Positions 8,769 through 16,888 of a DNA stretch of 64,000 nucleotides are shown here, piece after piece (position 1 is the first letter of the stretch; every line of letters begins with the position of its first letter). The DNA is taken from positions 75,847 through 139,846 of the forward strand of contig CAZXLF010000005.1 in NCBI GenBank assembly GCA_964642015.1, written 5' to 3'. The notes beneath the pieces are model-generated. The model saw only the letters and a list, made by a program, of their open reading frames with translations. It was not told where the DNA came from and ran no database searches. The translations under genes and the position numbers were made by a program. Origin of the DNA: an uncultured Planctomycetia bacterium (GTDB lineage: Bacteria > Omnitrophota > Gorgyraeia > 2-02-FULL-51-18).

Positions 8769-9766
8769 TTTAACCGATCCTGGCTTCTTATATAAAATAC
8801 GGTGAGATCTTTTTTTACGCTTCCTGCGGTGCCTCGGACATGAATATTAAAATTATCAGAATCCGCCTTGATCCATCCGAGAGAAATGGTTTGTTTGACC
8901 AATTTTGTTCTTGGGTCATCTGCAACTGACCCTAGGCCTAATTTAGCGGCGATGACACGAGCATCCATATCATCGGAAGAAAAATATTGCCCCCCCTGTC
9001 TATAGTTGAGCACTGATCGAGCGAGATTTTCTGCGTCCATCTCAGTAATATCCAATTTTCCAATACTATTTAAATACTCATCATATGCCGCTTTGAACAG
9101 GCTTCGCAACACATATTCACTGGCCGTATTGATATTGATCTTATCCGTGCCAAGGGTCGTAAACCCTTCTTTTATCTGATCGAGAATATCCTCGTCCAGA
9201 CCGTAAAAACTTTTTACCAAAGCCAATTCATCCAAAACAGAAAAGTCGGATGCTTTGCACTCATACCCAAGCTGGCCCTTATAATAATTCTCCGATTCTT
9301 TATCGAGAGCTTCGGCTCCCCGCCACATTCGGATGTCCTTAGCGCCTAACGCGCTTTGTATTTCGTTAAAACCGCACTCTCTGAGAAATCTTCTGATCAA
9401 GGATTCAGGCGCTTTATTAATATTGATCTTCCCATCTTCTTCTCTTATTCCATAATAGGTCCCATCTTTGTTCTCATAAAAAATGCTCCCTAAAACGCTG
9501 TTTTCTTTGTCTATTTCTATTTTTTTAAAAGCCTCGTTTTTTGCCCATATTTCATTAAGGTGATCCTGTGAACTTTCCCGACCGTCCTGTATCAGACAAA
9601 GCTGTGCCATCCCTATCGCGGATCGAGCTGCCGCATAGGAACGCACTTCATCCAAAGAAGCTGATGCAATCCTGAGCGTTTGAGATACCTGAAAAGCCAA
9701 GCTGATACATACAAGCGTCAATAGAACCAACGCCCAAACACAAATGATCAATACCGATCCCTTCAT
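8756..9766 (-). CDS. gspK: Type II secretion minor pseudopilin GspK
   Basis: KGSVLIICVW prepilin-like N-terminus; EDGKININ, FSVLDELALVK and KININTAS motifs. Confidence 0.85.
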   Translation of the reverse strand: MKGSVLIICVWALVLLTLVCISLAFQVSQTLRIASASLDEVRSYAAARSAIGMAQLCLIQDGRESSQDHLNEIWAKNEAFKKIEIDKENSVLGSIFYENKDGTYYGIREEDGKININKAPESLIRRFLRECGFNEIQSALGAKDIRMWRGAEALDKESENYYKGQLGYECKASDFSVLDELALVKSFYGLDEDILDQIKEGFTTLGTDKININTASEYVLRSLFKAAYDEYLNSIGKLDITEMDAENLARSVLNYRQGGQYFSSDDMDARVIAAKLGLGSVADDPRTKLVKQTISLGWIKADSDNFNIHVRGTAGSVKKDLTVFYIRSQDRLKWYA

Positions 9767-9780
9767 TTTTTGTCCGCTTC

Positions 9781-10377
9781 CTATGAGAGATAGAACTTTC
9801 TTTTGAAAATACCGTCCCCGCCTGTCCGCATTTCAATCTCAAGCCAATCGGGCATCTTCAATGGGTTCGACCAGGATTCCGAGACGATCTCCTTGCTGGT
9901 ATCTTTGTCCAAATAACCGTAAGTCAGATGAAACATTTTCACATCATCCAAAAAAATCAAAGCGCCCTGTTCGACAGGGATTTCCTTAAGCGCATCACCT
10001 CTGAACAACGCGTTTCTGTAAATCTTATCCTGCTTAAAAAAATAAACGACACGGGCAAAATGAGGGGACGTCCTTTTGATCTTTCCGTTCAATTCCTTTT
10101 CCCAGCGTTCTTTCAATGTAAAAAATTCGATCCGCGAAGCATCGCCTTTAAAATGACACTGAGTCACAGAATACGGAAATAGCTCTCTTAGATCATCTGC
10201 AAAAACCACAAAAAACCTGAAGAACGGCTCTCTTCGGCGCAAAATTTGGTCCGTTCTTCTGTAACTTCGGATACCCGAATTAAAAGCGCCTGACAGAGAA
10301 ACGACTACTATCGCTGATAGGGACAAAGCGATCAATATCTCAATTAAAGTCAAACCCGAGTTTTTCCTGAGTCTCAT
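9781..10377 (-). CDS. gspJ: Type II secretion minor pseudopilin GspJ
   Basis: Probable start ATG 10377 (MRLRKNSG|LTLIEILIAL), a class III signal peptide; C-terminal MPDWLEIEM. Confidence 0.78.
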   Translation of the reverse strand: MRLRKNSGLTLIEILIALSLSAIVVVSLSGAFNSGIRSYRRTDQILRRREPFFRFFVVFADDLRELFPYSVTQCHFKGDASRIEFFTLKERWEKELNGKIKRTSPHFARVVYFFKQDKIYRNALFRGDALKEIPVEQGALIFLDDVKMFHLTYGYLDKDTSKEIVSESWSNPLKMPDWLEIEMRTGGDGIFKRKFYLS

Positions 10378-10759
10378 CTCTTTTTTCCACAAGTATCGAT
10401 CGAACGATGATCGTCTCTTCTTTCCCTTCACGCATGGGATGCATTTCAAGTTTAAAACGGTACGTATCGAAACCCGGCGTAGAAAGATCCCAATCTTTAT
10501 CGAAAAAAGCTTTCACATGAACATTATCTTCTCGGGAGTTTATCGCCGAAACTTTTGCCAATACTTCTTCTCTCCCTTTCTGGTAATTCAAGTCGACCCA
10601 TTCCAACGAATCGATACTGGTTAATTGCAACTCACTGGCGTAAAGTGAGAGTTTTGAGGAGAAAGCGATGGTCTGAAGCGCGATCACGACTCCGAAAGCC
10701 AATAAAGCAACGGCGATCATGACTTCGAGAAGAAGAAAACCTCTTGAATCAAGCCGCAA
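10340..10759 (-). CDS. Type II secretion minor pseudopilin (GspI-like)
   Basis: RG|FLLLEVMIAVALL prepilin motif; lies between the H-like and J-like genes. Confidence 0.75.
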   Translation of the reverse strand: MRLDSRGFLLLEVMIAVALLAFGVVIALQTIAFSSKLSLYASELQLTSIDSLEWVDLNYQKGREEVLAKVSAINSREDNVHVKAFFDKDWDLSTPGFDTYRFKLEMHPMREGKEETIIVRSILVEKRDETQEKLGFDFN

Positions 10760-11210
10760 GTCTAAAATCTCCGAAAAAATCCTTCGAAGTCACTTTTCTG
10801 CTGTTCTTATTACTATCCTCAAACGTAATCTCGGCTGGGTCCAGACTCCCATCAGGGTAAAAAACGACGTTCGGAAAAGAACTTTTAATTGAGATCTGGT
10901 ACGGCAACTGTTTAAAAAGATGCTTCTCGTTCTGCTGCTCATACTCAAGCCAATAGCTTTTTTCGATGGAGTTGATCACCAGTTTGACCGGGTTCCCTTG
11001 GCTTCGGGCTCTCGAGCCTGCATAGCGCGTCACACTCATGAAATCTCTGACCACGCTGTCCAAACTTTCCTCTGATAGCCTGCCCGATATTCTGGGAAGA
11101 AGAAGCGCCGTGAAAATCCCCAAGATCGTGATGACCACGAGAAGTTCAATATATGTAAAACCGGAATTCCGCAAAAAATAGTTCTTATTTGAGTTCGCCG
11201 GCCATTTCAT
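10749..11210 (-). CDS. gspH: Type II secretion minor pseudopilin GspH/FimT-like
   Basis: ATG 11210 overlaps the gspG stop; G|FTYIELLVV and VVFYPDGS motifs. Confidence 0.8.
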   Translation of the reverse strand: MKWPANSNKNYFLRNSGFTYIELLVVITILGIFTALLLPRISGRLSEESLDSVVRDFMSVTRYAGSRARSQGNPVKLVINSIEKSYWLEYEQQNEKHLFKQLPYQISIKSSFPNVVFYPDGSLDPAEITFEDSNKNSRKVTSKDFFGDFRLAA

Positions 11211-11638
11211 TATTCGGCTTTTGAAGAAGAGGACTGCCAATTGCCGATATCATCCTCATCCCCCTCTTCGCCGTCCGGACCTGTGGAAAATACATCATAA
11301 TCATTGCTGTGTTTACCTGGCTTTAGATAATGATAACGATTGCCCCAGGGGTCGACCGGTTTCTTTTTAAGGTAGGGGCCTTTCCAATTCTTGGCTGAGC
11401 TAGGCTGTGAAAGCAATGCCTCCAACCCTTCTTCGGTGGTCGGAAGTTTGCCATTGTCCACTTCATAAAGGTCCAATGCGAGAGGAATTGCTCCTGAAAC
11501 ATCGCTGCGCGCCACCTCCGTGCGCGCCTGCTCGCTACGGCCTAAAAGTCTCGGCATCACCATGGCGGCCAGCACGCCGATGATAATGATCACGAGCATG
11601 AGTTCGATCAGCGTAAAACCCTTGCTATTTTTAGCCAT
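11210..11638 (-). CDS. gspG: Type II secretion major pseudopilin GspG
   Basis: G|FTLIELMLVIIIIG, ALDLYEVDNG, WKGPYL, DPWGNRYHY and GPDG...DDIGNW. Confidence 0.96.
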   Translation of the reverse strand: MAKNSKGFTLIELMLVIIIIGVLAAMVMPRLLGRSEQARTEVARSDVSGAIPLALDLYEVDNGKLPTTEEGLEALLSQPSSAKNWKGPYLKKKPVDPWGNRYHYLKPGKHSNDYDVFSTGPDGEEGDEDDIGNWQSSSSKAE

Positions 11639-11649
11639 TGTATTATTCG

Positions 11650-12855
11650 CTATCTTACCAAAAAATTAATTTCAAAAATAGGCAAAAGCATGGATATCAC
11701 GATGAATCCTACGACCAAGCCGACAATGAGGATCACCATCGGTTCGAGTATTTTGGCAAAAATTTTTAACGATCCGTCCACTTCGCTTTCATAATCCTCA
11801 GCGATCCGCGAAAGGGTCTGATCCAGATTCCCCGTTTTTTCGCCGACCATGATCATCTGAACGGCCATTTCGGGAAAAATGCCAAGTTGTTTCAATGCTT
11901 CAGAAAAACTAGCTCCACCGAATATATTTTCCAGGATCATCTTCATCTTTTGTTTCAAGAACTCATTGTCAACGATGGAGATCGATGTCTGAAGAGCGCT
12001 GGCAAGAGGAATACCGCTCGAATAAAGAAGTGATAATACGCGTGATAGCCGGCCTATCTGAGCTTTAAATAAAAGAGGTCCAAAAAAAGGAATTTGAATT
12101 TTGACCCTATCATATATTGATCGATTTTTCACATCTTTCAATAACGTCATTGCCAGAGCCCAGACAATGCCCAAAAATAAAACGATGAAAAAACTGTTCT
12201 TTATAAGAAACGAGGAGATAAAAATAAGTATTTGAGTCGGGAGCGGCAATGCTTGTCCCATCTCTTTGAATACCATTACGATCTTAGGGACCACAAAAAA
12301 GAGCAGAGCAAAAATGGTCAAAAATCCCGTAAATATCACAAAAAACGGGTAGATCAGACTGTCCACCAGAGATCTCTTGTAATTTTGGGCCTTTTCCAAA
12401 TATTCAGACAGCCGTTTCAGTGTTTCCTTAAGTTTTCCGGAAGTCTCACCGGCATAGACCAATGCAATATACAGACTCGAGAAGATATTCGGATATTTTT
12501 TCATGCTATCCGATAGAGAACTGCCTTCCTTGATATCGCGGATCATATCTATCAGGATCGTTTTAAGCCCTACGCTCGGATTATTTTTAGAAAGCGAGTT
12601 CAGCGCCTCCATCACCGTAACGCCCGAATCGACAAGAGTAGCAAGCTGAGAAGTAAAAAGGATAAGATGCGCAGGTTTTACTTTTTTTGGAAAAAAAGAA
12701 AGATGAAAATTTTGAGCCGTTTGTGCGTTCACTTCCAAAGGAAAATAGCCTAATTGTTGGAGTCGAAAAACCGCGTCCGAGACGGATTCCGCCTCTAAAT
12801 CTCCTTGGATGATCTGCATAGGATCTTGTTTGGCTTTATAGACAAAGCGTGTCAT
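11650..12855 (-). CDS. gspF: Type II secretion inner-membrane protein GspF/PilC
   Basis: FTSQLATLVDSG, GETSGKL, YP, GEKTGNL and LEP...LLPIF (duplicated T2SSF domains). Confidence 0.95.
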   Translation of the reverse strand: MTRFVYKAKQDPMQIIQGDLEAESVSDAVFRLQQLGYFPLEVNAQTAQNFHLSFFPKKVKPAHLILFTSQLATLVDSGVTVMEALNSLSKNNPSVGLKTILIDMIRDIKEGSSLSDSMKKYPNIFSSLYIALVYAGETSGKLKETLKRLSEYLEKAQNYKRSLVDSLIYPFFVIFTGFLTIFALLFFVVPKIVMVFKEMGQALPLPTQILIFISSFLIKNSFFIVLFLGIVWALAMTLLKDVKNRSIYDRVKIQIPFFGPLLFKAQIGRLSRVLSLLYSSGIPLASALQTSISIVDNEFLKQKMKMILENIFGGASFSEALKQLGIFPEMAVQMIMVGEKTGNLDQTLSRIAEDYESEVDGSLKIFAKILEPMVILIVGLVVGFIVISMLLPIFEINFLVR

Positions 12856-12858
12856 AGA

Positions 12859-14580
12859 TTATTCTGAAGCTGTTTCATTCTCGATCTGCGTGACTCGAAA
12901 CACTTCCATCAATGTCGTCAGACCGGAAAACGCCTTCAGGATACCGTCTTCCCTTAACGTCTTCATGCCTTGGCTGATCGCGACCTTTTCGATCTCCTGG
13001 CTTGAGGCGCGGCGGATAATAAGTTTCCGGATGGCTTCGTTCATCAGGATCACTTCATGGATGGCCATGCGTCCCCTATAACCAGTAAAACGGCATGCTT
13101 CACAGCCGCGTCCTTCCAAAAAATCGGCTTTGGATAGATCAAGGCGGGTATCTTTTATCCTATCCAACCATCTTTGTTTTGCTTCGCCGGAAAGACGCTC
13201 TTTACAATCCGGGCAGACCGTGCGGACCAGCCGCTGGGCGACTATACATTCAAGCGATGAAGCCACCAAAAAAGGCTCCAACCCCATATCCAAAAGTCTC
13301 GTGACGGCCCCCGGGGCATCATTCGTATGGAGCGTCGAAAGCACCAAGTGCCCGGTCAAAGCGGAGCGGATAGCGATCTCGGCCGTTTCGATGTCGCGCA
13401 CTTCCCCGATCATGATCACATCGGGATCATGACGCAAGATATGACGCAAAGCCAAAGCGAAATCAAGACCGATCTGCGGACTGACTTGAATTTGATTGAT
13501 CCCGCGTAATTGATATTCGACCGGATCTTCGGTCGTAACGATCTTGACCGATGAAGAATTCAACTTTGCAAGACAAGCGTAAAGCGTGGTGGATTTTCCG
13601 GCTCCGGTCGGACCGGTTACGAACACGATCCCGTGTAGTTTTTCGATCGCGTGTTCCAACTTTGCTCGGCTGTCGGTAGAAAGCCCTAATTTTCCGATCT
13701 CCAAGAAAAGTCCGGAGCTCAAGATGCGGATCTGAACCGATTCTCCAAAAATGGTCGGGATCGTCGAGACGCGCAGGTCCAGTTCCTCTTCATTCACTTT
13801 GATCTTGATGCGCCCGTCTTGCGGTAAGCGGCGGTCCGCAATATTCATTTTCGCCATGATCTTGATACGAGACACGATAGCAGGCTGAAAATAGCGCACA
13901 GTTTCAGGGACCGGTACTTCATAAAGCAGGCCATCAATGCGAAAACGGACTCTCAACTGCTCTTGGAACGGTTCTATATGAATATCTGTCGCGCGTTGTT
14001 TGACGGCCTCCGATAAGACCTGATTAACGAATCGAATGATCGAAGCTTCATTTGCCATCGACTCGATATCTTCGGCATCTTCATTGGCCTTTTCCATCTC
14101 CAAGACGCCTTTCTGAGCGATGATCTTTTCGACCGTCTCGGCGCCGACCCCATAATATTTGCGTATAGCTTCCTCAATTTCGATCTCACTCGCCAAGGCG
14201 CCTTCCACTTCCAGCTCTAAAAAAAGACGGAGGTCGTCCAAAATACGGGTATCCATAGGGTCCGCCATGGCCACCGTCAAGCAATGATTCTCGAATTTGG
14301 TGGGGATCACTTTATAATGGCTGACAAATTTGGCGGGAACTTTTTGAATAACGGAAGCATGGATATGCTTTCCTTTCAAATGCACGTAAGGAATATTCAA
14401 CTGACGAGCTAAAAGCGAGAAAACTTTTTCTTCAGAGGCAAAACCTAATTGTACAAGTGCCGTACAAATCAGCATCCCTGTCTTTTTCTGTTCCCGAAGA
14501 CCACGGTCAAGCTGTTCTGAAGTAATGACTCCGTTCTCTACTAAAATTTGCCCTATTTTGATGTTACTAACAGTAGTCAT
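12859..14580 (-). CDS. gspE: Type II secretion ATPase GspE/PilB
   Basis: MshEN-like N-terminus, ATDIHIEP, RLPQDGR, GPTGAGKSTT, TEDPVEY, LRHDPDVIMIGEVRD, TGHLVLSTLHTND and CPDC...CEAC. Confidence 0.96.
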   Translation of the reverse strand: MTTVSNIKIGQILVENGVITSEQLDRGLREQKKTGMLICTALVQLGFASEEKVFSLLARQLNIPYVHLKGKHIHASVIQKVPAKFVSHYKVIPTKFENHCLTVAMADPMDTRILDDLRLFLELEVEGALASEIEIEEAIRKYYGVGAETVEKIIAQKGVLEMEKANEDAEDIESMANEASIIRFVNQVLSEAVKQRATDIHIEPFQEQLRVRFRIDGLLYEVPVPETVRYFQPAIVSRIKIMAKMNIADRRLPQDGRIKIKVNEEELDLRVSTIPTIFGESVQIRILSSGLFLEIGKLGLSTDSRAKLEHAIEKLHGIVFVTGPTGAGKSTTLYACLAKLNSSSVKIVTTEDPVEYQLRGINQIQVSPQIGLDFALALRHILRHDPDVIMIGEVRDIETAEIAIRSALTGHLVLSTLHTNDAPGAVTRLLDMGLEPFLVASSLECIVAQRLVRTVCPDCKERLSGEAKQRWLDRIKDTRLDLSKADFLEGRGCEACRFTGYRGRMAIHEVILMNEAIRKLIIRRASSQEIEKVAISQGMKTLREDGILKAFSGLTTLMEVFRVTQIENETASE

Positions 14581-14729
14581 TGGGATAGGATCAGAATCTT
14601 AACATATTTTTCTAACCAATTTTTACAAAAATTAAATAAATATATAAAATTATACCATATAAAATCTGTAAATACCCTGATTTTAGGATGAAGAGATAAT
14701 AAGTCTCGGCGATGAGATCATATGGCTGC

Positions 14730-14990
14730 TCAATGCGGCTTGTTTTTCTCAAACCAATTCATGATCTGCCAGCTTATGCCATCAGAATATTCATGGTCCA
14801 ATCCGCCCAATATCATGAGCTTTATGGGATACTGCTGGTTTGTCAGAACACTTTTCATATATTCCGCTTGGCCGGGGTCGACAAGATGATCGTTCTTCCC
14901 ATGTAGAATAAGAACAGGAATGCGCCGACTTGAGGATGGGTCGGGACGGGCATGGTTTTCTAACCATTGATAGGAACCCGCGTGGCCTGC
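14730..14990 (-). pseudogene. C-terminal remnant of an alpha/beta hydrolase (esterase/phospholipase-like)
   Basis: Frame reads AGHAGSYQWL...RIPVLILHGKNDHLVDPGQAEYM...LGGLDHEY...WFEKNKPH*. It has the Asp/His motifs but no GxSxG, and there is an in-frame stop upstream with no start codon in between. Confidence 0.6.
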
Positions 14991-15049
14991 ATGATAAAAA
15001 ATTGACCTTTTCCTGGGTGCACGGTGCCTTTAGCCGGAAGGTGTGTTAT

Positions 15050-15562
15050 TTATGTGGCATTTATCTTTAATCCCGCCCGCTTGCATTCATAAAGAAAATC
15101 CGTTACTGACACATCGGTATCGATCCTTTGAGATTTGCCGGATGCTTTAACGACCAAAAAAGTAGGGTAGCCGGTAATTCCGAACTTTTTCATTAACCGG
15201 CTCTCTTGGTCGCCATCTATCTTTACCTTGACGACCGATCTTAGCGCGCTGGTGCCGCGAGAAGACCAAAGAATGTCCCTCGTGAATTGTTTACAATAAT
15301 GGCACCATGTGGCATAAAAATAAATGACGAACGCCTCACCGGTGATCTTTTGTTCTTCGACTGCTTTTTTATAGCCCGTCGAGTTTTCAAACCACGGATA
15401 GGATTTGCTTAACACCGGAGCAGGAGAGCTGGTCACGATCGGTCCTGAATCGCTCGGTGGATCCTTGCTATAGATGACCAATGTATCGTCATCTTGCGCA
15501 GCCAGAGCCAGTGCGGAGAAAAAAATCATGACGATAAAGGTCATGGCCGTTCTTTTAAACAT
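15050..15562 (-). CDS. Exported thioredoxin-family protein
   Basis: Signal peptide (ALALA|AQ), FYATWCHYCK and cis-Pro motif GYPT. Confidence 0.88.
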   Translation of the reverse strand: MFKRTAMTFIVMIFFSALALAAQDDDTLVIYSKDPPSDSGPIVTSSPAPVLSKSYPWFENSTGYKKAVEEQKITGEAFVIYFYATWCHYCKQFTRDILWSSRGTSALRSVVKVKIDGDQESRLMKKFGITGYPTFLVVKASGKSQRIDTDVSVTDFLYECKRAGLKINAT

Positions 15563-15640
15563 GATGCACCGTTGATGGTTTCATAAAAACTAATATACTA
15601 GACGCAGTTCGGTATACGGTATTTAAAAATATCTAATTGC

Positions 15641-15833
15641 GGCGCGGTCCTCTCCCCCATTTGCTATATTCGACGAGGGGTTACTCTCGTTAGGACTCGT
15701 CGGCCGGAAAACTATATTCGGCCGAACCGCACCCCCTCCCGCGCACGTCGTCTGCGGCAGGCTTAAGGAAAGTTCATTTTTATCTTCAGCCGCAGAACCG
15801 AGGGGTGATGTGATTTATTAAGAACCCTCGGCT
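15641..15833 (-). other. Multi-hairpin structured intergenic element (candidate ncRNA or non-autonomous repeat)
   Basis: At least five complementary stems; G-U pairs form only on the minus strand; 9-nt direct repeat CGAATATAG. Confidence 0.5.
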
Positions 15834-15866
15834 CCTGGGTCAGGGACGTTTCACTTTTTATTGTTA

Positions 15867-16370
15867 TTATTTAATCGCCCTTAATAAAACTCTCCATTCG
15901 CCCATGGCTTTCTTATTTGATACGCGATCCAGAACCTCCGCACGAAAAACATAAATTCCAGGAGGATCTGTTTTTTCAAGCGTAAAATCAATGGCCGGGT
16001 CTAGCATTACAAAGCCTCTTTTTTTCATAATATGTTTATGGACATGCTGGTCAATTTGCTTCATAATTTTTTCGTTTTTAGGATTAATAACAAATAAGCT
16101 GCCTATCAAATCTGTACTTCCAAGTTTATTAAGGTCAAATCCTGATACCACGATACTAATATAAATTGTTTTATTAGGGCCAATCTCGTGAACTCTCTTA
16201 ATATGAATTGGATGTTCAGGACGAGTCGAAATCCATTCTTTTATATAGTCTGGAGTGTCTGCAGTGGCAACATAAACCGTTAAATTTGGCCCTGCTTCCA
16301 ATGAATAACCCGATGCAGGGAGAAAAACAAGACTTGATAAAATTAATAAAATTCGAATTAAGAAGATCAC
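15867..16370 (-). CDS. Exported hypothetical protein (second gene downstream of Rhs; candidate immunity/accessory)
   Basis: GTG start overlapping the upstream stop; signal peptide; beta-rich; low GC. Confidence 0.7.
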   Translation of the reverse strand: MIFLIRILLILSSLVFLPASGYSLEAGPNLTVYVATADTPDYIKEWISTRPEHPIHIKRVHEIGPNKTIYISIVVSGFDLNKLGSTDLIGSLFVINPKNEKIMKQIDQHVHKHIMKKRGFVMLDPAIDFTLEKTDPPGIYVFRAEVLDRVSNKKAMGEWRVLLRAIK

Positions 16371-16888
16371 GGTCTTCCACTTACTGCTACACGTATTTGA
16401 ACTGATTTATCTAATTTCGAAATCTGAGCATCAGGTTCTAAAACGGTTATCTTTACATACAAATTATCTGAGTTTCCTTTATACGGAATTGGAAACTCAT
16501 ACATTGAGAATTCTTTATACCTATCTCTTTTGTTTTCGGAACCAAAATAAGCTATTGGTTTTTCCACTATTACAGACTCTAATACGTGTATATCATTATA
16601 GAGTTCTATTAATAATCTCCCTTTGTAAATATAATCGATAGGAATACTCTCGGTATCTGAATAAAAACTAATCTGATAAATATCGTGATACTTCGCATTT
16701 AATTTATAGATTCGGTTAAAACCTTTTTCTGATAAATTAAAATTATCTTGGACAATGGACTTGTACAAATCGACCTTCGGAGCGATTGAGTTAAAGAAAT
16801 GTGCTAATCCTGGCTGGGAAGATATATACTTAAAACTGATTAAAAGAAGAATTACTGATATTAAGAAAAAGGATTTTTTATTAATCAT
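16367..16888 (-). CDS. Putative cognate immunity protein of the Rhs toxin (N-terminal signal/TM)
   Basis: Start overlaps the Rhs stop by 1 nt; very low GC; hydrophobic N-terminus. Confidence 0.7.
   Translation of the reverse strand: MINKKSFFLISVILLLISFKYISSQPGLAHFFNSIAPKVDLYKSIVQDNFNLSEKGFNRIYKLNAKYHDIYQISFYSDTESIPIDYIYKGRLLIELYNDIHVLESVIVEKPIAYFGSENKRDRYKEFSMYEFPIPYKGNSDNLYVKITVLEPDAQISKLDKSVQIRVAVSGRP

Noticed and set aside
15790-15835. GAGCCG...CGGTTCTG on the minus strand, resembling group II intron domain V
   Set aside because: The interior lacks the GNRA-capped 34-nt D5 geometry, and there is no D6, intron body or RT gene.
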